Assembly (NCBI GenBank): GCA_032718475.1
Contig: JAUCBJ010007689.1
Coordinates: forward strand, 1 to 64,000
DNA length: 64,000 bases
Origin: Nemertoderma westbladi
Taxonomy: Eukaryota > Animalia > Xenacoelomorpha
Direction of reading: 5' to 3'
The notes under the pieces: model-generated
Database searches by the model: none
The model's input: only the letters and a program-made list of their open reading frames with translations
What the model was told of the DNA's origin: nothing
Translations under genes and position numbers: made by a program
Part shown: positions 50,217 to 62,923 of the stretch, piece after piece
Position numbering within the stretch: the stretch's first letter is position 1
How the letters are laid out: each line of letters opens with the position of its first letter

Positions 50217-50666
50217 CTCCTAAGTGTCCTGTTGGACACAAGACCCGAATATGCGACTTTTTCCGCAAGAGATATATATGAACAATTGAGGTCTATTGGG
50301 CACCTTTTATTTGTTATTGCTTTGTATCTGAAGCAACTTCAATTTTTGTACTGTTAACATTGATTGCGGGGTTTTGAAAAAGCTATTGCTAATAAAATTT
50401 ATCATTTTAGAATCTATTCACACAGCGCTGCCTAAAGAGTCTTTCACGTAAAATTCATCCAGTTTATATATCAAAAATAATTCATTTATCCTATGTTCAG
50501 AAAGCAGATTTCTCAATCACTTCAAAAATACGAATTAATGTAGCACTGTAATGTTAAAAGCTGTTATAGAAAATTCCGTTTGTGAATTTTTGCGGCGGTG
50601 ATCACCTTGTTAAAAATTCATGTAACTATAACGTCACATTATTGTACAAATTTAAACGGAAGTAAA

Positions 50667-52489
50667 TTAGGAACCGAGAGGTTCATTACTGTAAGAATTG
50701 CTCGAGACTGGCTGGCTGACTGACTGACTGACTGACTGACTGACTGATCTACAGCCAAAACTACTCTAACGATTTTGATGAAATTTTCACAGCGGCTAGA
50801 TACCGCGATTCTAAGGTCCCTGGAATGTTCCGCTATTTTGTCCATGAGCCGTGGGCTCGAAAAATAGACATAAACGAAAAAACGCCATAGGCGCAATGAT
50901 AAAAACACCAGCTGGCACTCATGAAAAATGCATAGAGATGGCCTAGTAATGCTATTCTATAGGAATGGCCACCTAACAAGTAAATGCTTTCTCTGCCAAG
51001 TATTATCCTCACTCTACAACTCAGACAGTAAGCAAACAAAAGCTGTGGGATTCTAATGTATTACATCATAAGCTGATTGCTCTCCCAATAGCCCTCACAC
51101 ACTCACTGAATCCAATGAAATCGAATATCTATTAGCTTAATGCGAATAGCTGGTAAGCTGAATGCCATTTTAGTTATTGTGTACTGTTGACTGCAGAGTT
51201 GACTGCTATGTTGTATGTATTTAATTAAAATAATTTTCGTAGAGGGAAGTTAATTTGGGATTACTTTCTATCAGATGTAAGCAAAGCTGTTCAATGGGGT
51301 GGGTCATGGGACCCAAATATAGTACATTATGCATGGCAAACATTAATAAAATCATTCAGTCAACCTGGAGGGTATTTGCTTAGTTAACTCTACTGTGCGA
51401 AAAACGAATTTATAATGTTACCCATACTTCAGGTGAATGAATTTTTAGATATTTGTACTTCAGGCAAGGATTTCTGATATAATTAAAATACAAGACAGGG
51501 GCTTGTTTCGATATATGTAGTCGCGCCCTTCTAGCAGCACGTGAGATAATCAAATAATAGACACGATGTTTGACTTTGTCCCTTCGAGCAGCACGTGAGT
51601 TTTGCTTTGACCCTTCGATATATGTATTTGCGCCCTTCGAGCAGCACGTGAATTACATCAAATAATAGACACATTGTTTGACTTTGACCCTTCGAGCAGC
51701 ACGTGAGTTTTGCTTTGACCCTTCGATATATGTATTTGCGCCCTTCGAGCAGCACGTGAATTACATCAAATAATAGACACATTGTTTGACTTTGACCCTT
51801 CGAGCAGCACGTGAGTTTTGCTTTGACCCTTTGATATATGTATTTGCGCCCTTTGAGCAGCACGGGGAGTCGACTCAGACCGAGCCGAGCCAAGCCGAGC
51901 CGAGCCGAGCCGAGCCGAGCCGAGCCGAGCCGAGCCGAGCCGAGCCGAGCCGAGCCGAGCCGAGCCGAGCCGAGCCGAGCCGAGCCGAGCCGAGCCGAGA
52001 CGAGCTGAGCCGAGCCGAGCCGAGCCGAGCCGAGCCGAGCCGAGCCGAGCCGAGCCGAGCCGAGCCGAGCCGAGCCGAGCCGAGCCGAGCCGAGCCGAGC
52101 CGAGCCGAGCCGAGCCGAGCCGAGCCGAACCGAGCCGAGCCGAGCCGAGCCGAGCCGAGCCGAGCCGAGCCGAGCCGAGCCGAGCCCAGCCGAGCCGAGC
52201 CGAGCCGAGCCGAGCCGAGCCGAGCCGAGCCGAGCCGAGCCGAGCCCAGCCCAGCCGAGCCGAGCCCAGCCGAGCCGAACCGAGCCGAGCCGAACCGAAC
52301 CGAACCGAACCGAGCCGAGCCGAGCCGAGCCGAGCCAAGCCGAGCCGAGCCGAGCCGAGCCGAGCCGAGCCAATCAAGCCAAGTCGAACTTAATCGTGCC
52401 CAATCGTGCAAGACCGAGCCGAGCTCGTTGTCTCTTTTATTTGAAATAAAAAGTCGGTTCCTTATTGGGCCGAAAGGCCCGTCACTAGT
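50667..52489 (+). mobile_element. Helentron-associated non-autonomous element (HINE/DINE-1-like), unit 1, type A interior
   Basis: 5' TTAGGAACCGAGAGGTTC, (GACT)n, core ACGATTTTGATGAAATTTT, 108-bp repeats and (GAGCC)n. The 3' end has subTIR TCGGTTCCT, hairpin GGGCC-GAAA-GGCCC and CTAG. Confidence 0.85.
51880..52372. repeat. (GAGCC)n pentanucleotide array
   Basis: Directly visible; it is the source of the ARLGS/AEPSR ORFs. Confidence 0.98.
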
Positions 52490-52533
52490 ACATTGTGGTC
52501 ATAGAAATTTATGTTGTCGATACAGTAAAATAA

Positions 52534-52847
52534 TTAGCAAGTCGTAGGACTTGATTACTGTAAGAATTGTTGGCTGACTGGCTGGCTGGCTGACTGGCTG
52601 GCTGATCTACAGCCAAAACTACTCTAACGATTTTGATGAAATTTTCACAGCATCTAGATACCGCGATTCTAAGGTCCCTGGAATGATCGGCTACTCCGTC
52701 CATAGCCTCTGGGCTCGAAAAATAGAGATAAACGAAAAAACGCCATAGGCACAATGGTAAAATAACACCAATGACAGCTTGTTGATGTAATTTACATTTG
52801 ATTGATGACTTCCGACTTGCTTAACGGCGTCTTGACGCCGTCTCTAG
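52534..52847 (+). mobile_element. HINE unit 2: 314-bp mini-element with alternative termini
   Basis: Same core as the other units, but 5' TTAGCAAGTCGTAGGACTTG and 3' CGACTTGCTT, hairpin ACGGCGTC-TT-GACGCCGT, CTAG. Confidence 0.8.
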
Positions 52848-54799
52848 TTAGGAACCGAGAGGTTCATTACTGTAAGAATTGTTTGCTGATTGATTGATTG
52901 ACTGGCTAATCTACAGCCAAAACTACTCTAACGATTTTGATGAAATTTTCACAGCGGCTAGATACCGCGATTCTAAGGTCCCTGGTATGTTCCGCTATTT
53001 CGTCCATGAGCCGTGGGCTCGAAAAATAGACATAAACGAAAAAACGCCATAGGCGCAATGATAAAAACACCAGCTGGCACTCATGAAAAAATGGATAGAG
53101 ATGGCCTATAGTAATGCTATTCTATAGGAATGGCCACCTAACAAGGAAATGCTTTCTCTGCCAAGTATTATCCTCACTCTACAACTCAAACAGTAAGCAA
53201 ACAAAAGCCGTGGGATTCTAATGTATTACATCATAAGCTGATTGCTCTCCCAATAGCCCTCACACACTCACTGAATCCAATGAAATCGAATATCTATTAG
53301 CTTAATGCGAATAGCTGGTAAGCTGAATGCCATTTTAGTTATTGTGTAGGCCTACTACTGTTGACTGTAGAGTAGACTGCTATGTTGCATGTATTTAATT
53401 AAAATAATTTTCGTAGAGGGAAGTTAATTTGGGATTACTCTCTATCAGATGTAAGCAAAGCTGTTCAATGGGGTGGGTCATGGGACCCAAATATAGCACA
53501 TTATGCATGGCAACGATTTCTGATATAATTAAAATACAAATTGATTTATTTTTATTTTTATTTTATATCTATTTTATTGATAAAATAATAATATGATTTT
53601 ACCGATTTTCATTTACCCCGTTGGGGAGTGTATATTATTATATTATTATTAAAATACAAGACAGGGGCTTGTTTCGATATATGTAGTTGCGCCCTTCGAG
53701 CAGCACGTGAGTTAATCAAATATTAGACACAATGTTTGACTTTGTCCCTTCTAGCAGCACGTGAGTTTTGCTTTGACCCTTGATATATGATGTTGCGCCC
53801 TTCGAGCAGCACGTGAGTTACATCAAATAATAGACACACTGTTTGACTTTGTCCCTTCGAGCAGCATGTGAGTTTGGCTTTGACCCTTCCAGCAGCGTGT
53901 GTCAATCGAGCCGAATCATACTGATCGAGCCGAATAGAACCAATCGAGGCGATCAAGCCGAGTCGAGCCCAATCGAGCCGAGTCAAGCCGGGCGGAGCCG
54001 AGTTAAGCCCAATCAAGCCTAGTCAAGCCGGACTGAGGCGAGGCAAGCCCAATCGAGTCGAGTCGAGCCCAATAGAGCCGAGTCGAGCCCAATCAATCCT
54101 AGTCAAGCCTAATTGAGCCGGACCGAGCCAAGTCGAGCCCAATCGAGCCAGACTGAGCCAAGTTGAGATAAATCGAGCCGAGTCAAGCCCAATCAATCCC
54201 AACCGAGCCGAGTCGAGCGGATTGAGCCCAATTGAGCCAAGTCTAGCCAGACCGAGCCGAGTCGAACCCAATCGAGCCGATTGAGCCGAATCGAACTGAG
54301 TCGACTCAGACCGAGCCGAGCCGAGCCCAATTGAGCCGTGTCACGCCAAATTGAGCCGGACTGAGTCGAGTCGAGCCCAATCAAGCCGAGTCGAGCCCAA
54401 TCGAATCGAGTCGAGCCCAATAGAGCAGAGTTGAGCTCAATCAAGACTAAGTCGAGCCCAATCGAGCCGGACTGAGCCAAGTTGAGCCAAATCAAGCCGA
54501 GTCAAGCCCAATCAATCCCAATCGAGCCGATTCGAGCCAAATTGAGCCGAGTCGAGCCCAATCGAGCCAATTCGAGCCGGACCGAGCTGAGTCGAACCCA
54601 ATCAAGCCGATTGAGCCGAATCGAGATGTGTCAAGTCGAGCCCAATCAAGCCGAGTCTAGCCCAATCGAACCAAACCGAGCCGATCAAGCCAAGTCGATC
54701 TGAATCGAGCCCAATCGTGCCAGACCGAGCCGAGCTCATTGTCTCTTTTATTTGAAATAAAAAGTCGGTTCCTTATCGGGCCGCTAGGCCCGTCACTAG
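52848..54799 (+). mobile_element. HINE unit 3, type A interior with degenerate GAGCC-derived array (53905-54735)
   Basis: Same termini as unit 1; the 3' hairpin is CGGGCC-GCTA-GGCCCG followed by TCACTAG. Confidence 0.85.
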
Positions 54800-56291
54800 T
54801 TAGGAACCGAGAGGTTCATTACTGTAAGAATTGTTAGCTGACTGGCTGACTGACTGGCTGGCTGACTGATCTACAGCCAAAACTACTCTAACGATTTTGA
54901 TGAAATTTTCACAGCGGCTGGATACCGCGATTCTAAGGTCCCTGGTATGTTCCGCTATTTCGTCCATGAGCCGTGGGCTCGAAAAATAGACATAAACGAA
55001 AAAACGCCATAGGCGCAATGGTAAAATAACACCAATAACAGCTGGTGTCGTGATGAAAAATGGCTTATGTAATGGATTTCTACACAAGGCTTAGTATAAA
55101 TCGATGAGGTTGCCAAGATTATTGTACTTAGTACACCCATACTGTTTGTTTAGGCCCTAGGACACTCTGTCAAAGCAAATATTAACTGGTTGGTTTAGTT
55201 TGAAATCTATTATTGCCTCAGCTGAATTACTCTTCCCAATGCGCACTCTATGGGAATATCTCCCTCTGCTAAAGTAAGCTGAATGACTTAAGTACACAGT
55301 GAGTTGGCTACATTAATGTCAACATTATTGCAAAATGTTTTATTGTTGGACTCTCTGTCAGTCTCCCCTTCAGAACATTGTATAGGGAATATACTTTAGT
55401 TTACTCTACTGTGCCATTCAGCTGAATGGATTTGAGCGATTGCCAAGTTACAGAGTTGGATCATTCTCTGACCATAGGCAAAGACATCAAATCTTTTTAA
55501 GAATATACTTTTTCCATGTTTTTTTTTCTGACCAAAAATTTCAAAAAAATTTTTTCGTAGCCAGTACTGCCAATCGATTCGCCATCAAAAATAACGCAAA
55601 AAATTTTTTTTGCAAAATTTTAAATTACTGTAAATTTTTGGCGACTGGGGGGGGTCAATTTTTTTCGATCCGCTATAACTCCGGAACGCTTTGTCCAAAT
55701 TCGATGGGGTTTTCATTTTTCAATTTAATTCGATGTCCTCTTTCAGCCTATCCATGTTTCGAAACCCCAAACAGCGCCGTTCAAAAATTATTTTTTTCTA
55801 GTTCTAGAATTTTACAAATTTCAAAAAAGTTGCAGTATTTTATTAACGCCTTTACGGAATTCGATAGCGTTTTCGATTTTTATATTAAACGCAATATCCT
55901 GAATCTCACTAGCCTAGTTTCGCGTCACCAATGCCAAGATTTCATACTTTTTGAGGAAAATTTTTCTAGAATAATTTTTATTTAATTACATTTATCGCGA
56001 TTTCTTATTACTGATTGCACATGAATTGATGGAGTTTTCAATTTATTAACTAAACACGATATCGCGCATCGCACCAGCGTGGTTTCGAAATTCCAAAACG
56101 AGGTCTTCACTAGTTGCAGGTCGATTTTGTTCTAGAATTGAGCAACTAATAATGGATCGAATTTATTAATAATTATTGTATGAAATATGATTGTATTTTT
56201 AGATAATTATTAGTTCTATACTAATTCTCGTTGTCTCTTTTATTTAAAATAAAAAGTCGGTTCCTTATCGGGCCGCTAGGCCCGTCACTAG
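54800..56291 (+). mobile_element. HINE unit 4, type B interior
   Basis: Same termini and core; the interior 55310-56290 matches 58470-59460. Confidence 0.85.
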
Positions 56292-56310
56292 TTAGGAACC
56301 GAGAGGTTCA

Positions 56311-56359
56311 TTAGGAACCGAGAGGTTCATTACTGTAAGAATTGCTCGTGGCTGGCTGA

Positions 56360-56390
<31 letters not shown>

Positions 56391-57819
56391 ACTGACTGAT
56401 CTACAGCCAAAACTACTCTAACGATTTTGATGAAATTTTCACAGCGGCTAGATACCGCGATTCTAAGGTCCCTGGTATGTTCCGCTATTTCGTCCATGAG
56501 CCGTGGGCTCGAAAAATAGACATAAACGAAAAAACGCCATAGGCGCAATGATAAAAACACCAGCTGGCTCTCATGAAAAATGGATAGAGATAGCCTAGTA
56601 ATGCTATTCTATAGGAATGGCCACCTAACAAAGAAATGCTTTCTCTGCCAAGTATTATCCTCACTCTACAACTCAGACAGTAAGCAAACAAAAGCCGTGC
56701 ATTCTAATGTATTACATCATAAGCTGATTGCTCTCCCAATAGCCCTCACACACTCGCTGAATCCAATGAAATCGAATATCTATTAGCTTAATGCGAATAG
56801 CTGTTAAGCTGAATGCCATTTTAGTTATTGTGTACTGTTGATTGCAGAGTTGACTGCTATGTTGTATGTATTTAATTAAAATAATTTTCGTAGAGGGAAG
56901 TTAATTTGGGATTACTTTCTATCAGATGTAAGCAAAGCTGTTCAATGGGGTGGGTCATGGGACCCAAATATAGTACATTATGCATGGCAAACATTAATAA
57001 AATCATTCAGTCAACCTGGAGGGTATTTGCTTAGTTAACTCTACTGTGCGAAAAACGAATTTATAATGTTACCCATACTTCAGGTGAATTAATTTTTAGA
57101 TATTTGTACTGAAGGCAAGGATTTCTGATATAATTAAAATACAAGACAGGGGCTTGTTTCGATATATGTAGTTGCGCCCTTCTAGCAGCACGTGAGATAA
57201 TCAAATAATAGACACGATGTTTGACTTTGTCCCTTCGAGCAGCACGTGAGTTTTGCTTTGACCCTTCGATATATGTATTTGCGCCCTTCGAGCAGCACGT
57301 GAATTACATCAAATAATAGACACATTGTTTGACTTTGACCCTTCGAGCAGCACGTGAGTTTTGCTTTGACCCTTCGATATATGTATTTGCGCCCTTCGAG
57401 CAGCACGTGAATTACATCAAATAATAGACACATTGTTTGACTTTGACCCTTCGAGCAGCACGTGAGTTTTGCTTTGACCCTTTGATATATGTATTTGCGC
57501 CCTTTGAGCAGCACGGGGAGTCGACTCAGACCGAGCCGAGCCGAGCCGAGCCGAGCCGAGCCGAGCCGAGCCGAGCCGAGCCGAGCCGAGCCGAGCCGAG
57601 CCGAGCCGAGCCGAGCCGAGCCGAGCCGAGCCGAGCCGAGCCGAGCCGAGCCGAGCCGAGCCGAGCCGAGCCGAGCCGAGCCGAGCCGAGCCGAGCCGAG
57701 CCGATCAAGCCAAGTCGAACTTAATCGTGCCCAATCGTGCAAGACCGAGCCGAGCTCGTTGTCTCTTTTATTTGAAATAAAAAGTCGGTTCCTTATCGGG
57801 CCGCTAGGCCCGTCACTAG
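56311..57819 (+). mobile_element. HINE unit 5, type A interior, (GAGCC)n at 57530-57703; apparently nested in the head of unit 6
   Basis: Near-identical to unit 1; preceded by an orphan 19-bp head at 56292-56310. Confidence 0.85.
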
Positions 57820-59462
57820 TTACTGTAAGAATTGCTCGAGACTGGCTGGCTGACTGACTGACTGACTGACTGACTGACTGATCTACAGCCAAAACTACTC
57901 TAACGATTTTGATGAAATTTTCACAGCGGCTAGATACCGCGATTCTAAGGTCCCTGGTATGTTCCGCTATTTCGTCCATGAGCCGTGGGCTCGAAAAATA
58001 GACATAAACGAAAAAACGCCATAGGCGCAATGGTAAAATAACACCAATGACAGCTGGTGTCCTGATGAAAAATGGCTTATGTAATGCATTTCTACAGAAG
58101 GCTTAGTAATAAATCGATGAGGTTGCCAAGATTATTATACTCAGTACACCCATACTGTTTGTTTAGGCCCTGCACTCTCTGTCAAAGCAAATATTAACTG
58201 GTTGATTTAGTTTGTGGTTCTACACAGGCTTAGTATAAATCGATGAGGCTGCCAACTGGTTGGTTTAGTTTGCAATCTATTACCGCCTCAGCTGAATAAC
58301 CCTTCCCCCTGCTGAATGACTATTAGGTATACAGTGTATCGGCTACATTAATGCCAACATTAATACTGTGGAGGCTGTATGCTTATAAGGTGGAATGTTT
58401 ACTCAGCCTTATACTGATACTCTGTAAGGCTAAGACTAACATTATAGTTTGAAATATAAATATCACTTCTTGGCTACATTAATGCCAACATTATTGCAAA
58501 GTGTTTTATTGTTGGATTACTCTCTGTCAGTCTCCCCTTCAGAACATTGTATTGGGAATTTACTTTAGTTTACTCTACTGTGCCATTCAGCTGAATGGAT
58601 TTGAGCGATTGCCAAGTTACAGAGTTGGATCATTCTCTGACCATATGCAAAGACATGAAATCTTTTTAAAAATATACTTTTTCCATGTTTTTTTTTCTGA
58701 CCAAAAATTTCAAAAAAAAATTTTTCGTAGCCAGTACTGCCAATCGATTCGCCATCAAACATAACGCAAAAAAAATTTTTTGCAAAATTTTAAATTACTG
58801 TAAATTTTTGGCGACTGGGGGGGGGTCAATTTTTTTCGATCCGCTATAACTCCGGAACGCTTTGTCCAAATTCGATGGGGTTTTTATTTTTCAACTTAAT
58901 TCGATGTCCTCTTTCAGCCGATCCATGTTTCGAACCCCCAAACAGCGCCGTTCAAAATTTAATTTTTTCTAGTTCTAGAATTTTACAAATTTCAAAAAAG
59001 TTGCGGTATTTTATTAACGCCTTTACGGAATTCGATAGCGTTTTCGATTTTTATAGTAAACGCAATATCCTGAATCTCACTAGCCTAGTTTCGCGTCACC
59101 AATGCCAAGACTTCATACTTTTTGAGGAAAATTTTTCTAGAATAATTATTATTTAATTACATTTATAGCGATTTCTTAATACTGGTTGCACATGAATTGA
59201 TGGAGTTTTCAATTTTTTAACTAAACACGATATCGCGCATCGCACCAGCCTGGTTTCGAAATTCCAAAACGAGGTCTTCACTAGTTGCAGGTCGATTTTG
59301 TTCTAGAATTGAGCAACTAATAATAGATCGAATTTTTTGATAATTATTGTATGAAATATGATTGTATTTTTACATAATTATTAGTTATATACTAATTCAC
59401 GTTGTCTCTTTTAATTAAAATAAAAAGTCGGTTCCTTATCGGGCCGCTAGGCCCGTCACTAG
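57820..59462 (+). mobile_element. HINE unit 6, type B interior, lacking its 19-bp head at this position
   Basis: Starts TTACTGTAAGAATTG directly after the CTAG of unit 5 and ends with the standard subTIR-hairpin-CTAG. Confidence 0.85.
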
Positions 59463-60040
59463 TTACTACAATGAATATTATCGACGAAAACATGAAGTCT
59501 TAAAAAATGTGAGTCAGTAGTTATGTGTAGATTATTATCTAGAAAATTATAAATAACTTATTTGAATCAAATTGTTTTCAATGATTAAATCCAATAGGTT
59601 GTGGTGCCAAGCTTTAATTTAGTACTCAGTAATTCTTATCCGTCCATATGTTACAGATGGGTGAAAATCAATACGCCATCAATTCATCATTATTATAATT
59701 TTTTGGGGTTCAGCTTACCAAAGTCGACATTGACGTCCAGGATCAATGGATCAATAATAATATGGAACCTAATAAAAGCGCCCTAATACTGGGAAGTCCG
59801 TGGACGCTATGATATTACTACACTATTCCGTCGATTTATCTAATAGTTGATTTATTTTTTTATGCGCAACCCGGGGCACTTTTAGAGCCACATCAAAAGA
59901 AAACGAGATCCCACACCACAATGCCCATTCAATATGCGCTGAGGACACAATACTACGGGAAATTATCTCACGAGGAAGATTCAATCACAGCTGGGAATTT
60001 ATCATATACAATGAAGGTTCAATCACAGCTAGCAACTTCA

Positions 60041-60440
60041 TTAACCCTATTAAACCCGGGGGGGAGGTCAATATGATACCCCCCCCCCCCCCCCCCCCCG
60101 CGGTTTTTTTGTTGTTGTAACTCTGAAACAAACGCAGTTGTGAATATGAAATTTTATGACTTTTCCTAAAAATCTATTCTCTTCCTAACAGTGAAAACGG
60201 TTTTCAAAAATATTTTCAAAGTTTTCGAGTTATAGCACCATTTTTAACCCTACTTTTATCTCATTTTTGAGACGTTTTTTGAAAATTACATTTCATGAAT
60301 TATGATTTGTAACATATCTATTTTTGATTTACACCGATTTATTGGTGTTTGCAATTAGTTTGAATTCATATAAATTAATTCATAAATTTCAAACTTGTTT
60401 TTTTCGGCTGGTGCCAATTTTGGTGCCAGCACCAAATTTT
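60041..60440. mobile_element. Left part of a piggyBac-like non-autonomous element
   Basis: TTAA followed by CCCTATTAAACCCGGGGGG...CCCCCC; no matching right end is seen in the window. Confidence 0.4.
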
Positions 60441-60657
60441 GAAATATTTCAATTTTAAAATTGTATTGTTTGAACCTACAGTAGTTTTTGCGCAATGTAA
60501 TAGGATTTTTTGGAGTTCTGGTTTAGATGGAATATATACGAGCTGCACAAATGCACAAGGCGTATCAAACTTATATTTTTCGAGCGTTTTACGGGTTTGT
60601 GATAGTTCTGGATATTTGTACACCCCGGTATTTGTACAATATTTCATAGCCCGGTAG

Positions 60658-62020
60658 CGTATTCCCAATCCTTACACTACTAGGTACACCTCTTGCATTA
60701 ACACATGGGATTGGTTAATTAACTATTATTTGATTGGACGTTGAAATCATGTAAGGAATGGGGACGAGAGGGGTCGAACTAGTGTAAGGGTTTTTATACT
60801 CAGTTGGCAGGTTGAAAATGTTCCAAACGCTGTAAGGAATGAGAAGTGGGTGAAATAATGTAAGGGTTATCTGCCTATTACACAGTTCATTGTCAGACGA
60901 CAGTAAAAAATGTATACGAATAGCAGTATACATATATTTAGAGTGGAAATAATGTTGTATAAGGAATCGGTTTACGCACCATTTACTCCTTGACTTTTCC
61001 GATCAAATGATTATAATAATAAAGTAGTTTTACTGGTAGTATTTAATATTAAAATTCGTTCATATTAAATTCATAAAAGCATTCCACAATATGTAAACAT
61101 AAAAGCTCAAATGAAATAAACAATTAATTTTTGCAATGCCTCTAGCATTTGTTGGATTTGCATTCATGTTTATCGACAGGTTTCTAGAGCGTTTTTTAGC
61201 GCGTGAAGTCTTATCAGTACCGCAGGTTGGCCAGCAACCAACACAGCACGCATCCGTTTAATGTAAGAGCTACTCGTCCACGCGCTAGTGCAGTTGGATG
61301 GACACGAATAGCAGACCGACTATTCCTAACCAAATACTACTATAATCGGCCTGCTGCATTGAAAAACTGCACATTGAGATGCTATGCCAGCTTAACAAAA
61401 ACATTTTGTCACCACCATGCAAACCACAATGCAGCATGCATTAAGAATGCTATGCCGGCTTATCAACAAAGTTGCACCGCCATAACTCCATATCCCCCAT
61501 GGATTTCGCGCGAGATTATCCGCATATTCAAGGCCGGTGTCCTTTAAGATGCGTCTCAAGAAAGTCATGAACTGTCCATCATGCTTATTTTCTCCATGGG
61601 GCTGCCAAAGCACAAGATTGGGCACTGGCTGGTCCTCACGGCAAAAACAATGTCATGCAAAGGAATATATCCCTAGACACTAGTATAGCCAATGTTCCAA
61701 TCGTTTTAGCTTACTCATGCAGCCCTGTATAAACCATAACACAATGTTCTACTGCCTAGAATAATATCACATGTTAGTCTAAGTCTACTCTTCTAATACT
61801 GTTGGTATAATAACCCTTACATGAATTCACCCAATTTCTCCATTCCTTACAGCGTTTGGAACACTTCCAACCTGCCAGCTGAGTATAAAATCCTTACACT
61901 AGTTCAACCCCTATCTCCAGTCCTTACATGATTTCAACGTCCAATCAAATAATAGTTCATTAACCAATCCCAGGCTACAATTCAAGATGTGTTCCTACTA
62001 GTGTAAGGATTGGGAATACG
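60658..62020. mobile_element. Foldback element with ~210-bp imperfect TIRs
   Basis: 60658-60870 is the reverse complement of 61809-62020 (CGTATTCCCAATCCTTACACTA / TAGTGTAAGGATTGGGAATACG). CCGGTAG is repeated at 60651-60657 and 62021-62027. Confidence 0.85.
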
Positions 62021-62630
62021 CCGGTAGCGTATCCGGGAGTACAGACTCGGACACATTTACTTCTATAAAGTTATTGGACAATATCCTGTTATTATTGAGG
62101 AGCTTTTCAAAGTGGGCCTTCCAACCATTAAGGCAATCGACTGGCTGGCTGATTCTGCCTAAACCTTGGTGGTTGGTTGGCTTTTCCGCCCAGTCAGTTG
62201 ATAGCTCCTGTAGATTATCAGAATATTGCCTATTCAGTCAATATTCATATAGTGACAGCTCTGCCGCTTCATACGTATTGAAGTAAATACTGAATAAAGG
62301 TGCTGCTAACTTGCTAATCCCTCGCGACTAGCATAGTAATTTGTTTCACGTCCGTGAAGCCTGAAGCGTTTTTGAGTACCTGAGACATTCACTATTTCTG
62401 TGTCGGATAACGCATTGGATTACTGGGGGGTAGGGGTGTAATATGTATTATTATTCAACTCAGGCTCAAATATTGGCCGTAAAGCCGTATCAAATCTTCA
62501 GTTGCGTTCTACATACAGATTACACATATGATAAGACGTATATATAAAAATACCCTTAACATTTACAGCATACAACTCAGTATGGCTTTCCTTCGTGAGG
62601 CTTCAAATTTATAGATGTTCCCTATGAAAT

Positions 62631-62923
62631 GGGTGTAAAAGCTACGCCTACACCTACACGACTACACCTACACACTTACACCTAGACCTATACACCTACA
62701 CCCACACCCACACCTACACCTACACGGCTACACCTACACACTTACACCTAGACCTATACACCTAGACCTATACACCTACACCTACACGGCAACACCTACA
62801 CCTACACAACACACCTACCCTACACCTACACCTATACCTACACATACACATACGCCTACACCTATAACTACACCTATACCTACACCTACACTTACACCTA
62901 CACGGCTACACCTACACCTACAC
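62631..62923. repeat. (CTACAC)n array following a MITE terminus GGGTGTAAAAGCTACGCC
   Basis: The hexamer array is directly visible; the terminus matches the MITE at 13489-13690. Confidence 0.85.

Noticed and set aside
49867-50281. Poly-Asn, poly-Gln/His and poly-Leu/Val ORFs
   Set aside because: They are three readings of one (GTT)n microsatellite.
55440-55985. 181-aa Phe-rich ORF
   Set aside because: It lies in the AT-rich type B interior, and the sister copy at 58501-59156 is frameshifted, so it is not conserved as coding.
51531-58030. Long ORFs of ARLGS/AEPSR repeats and repeated LRLWRFFVYVYF ORFs
   Set aside because: (GAGCC)n has no stops in any frame; the other ORFs are translations of the non-coding HINE core.
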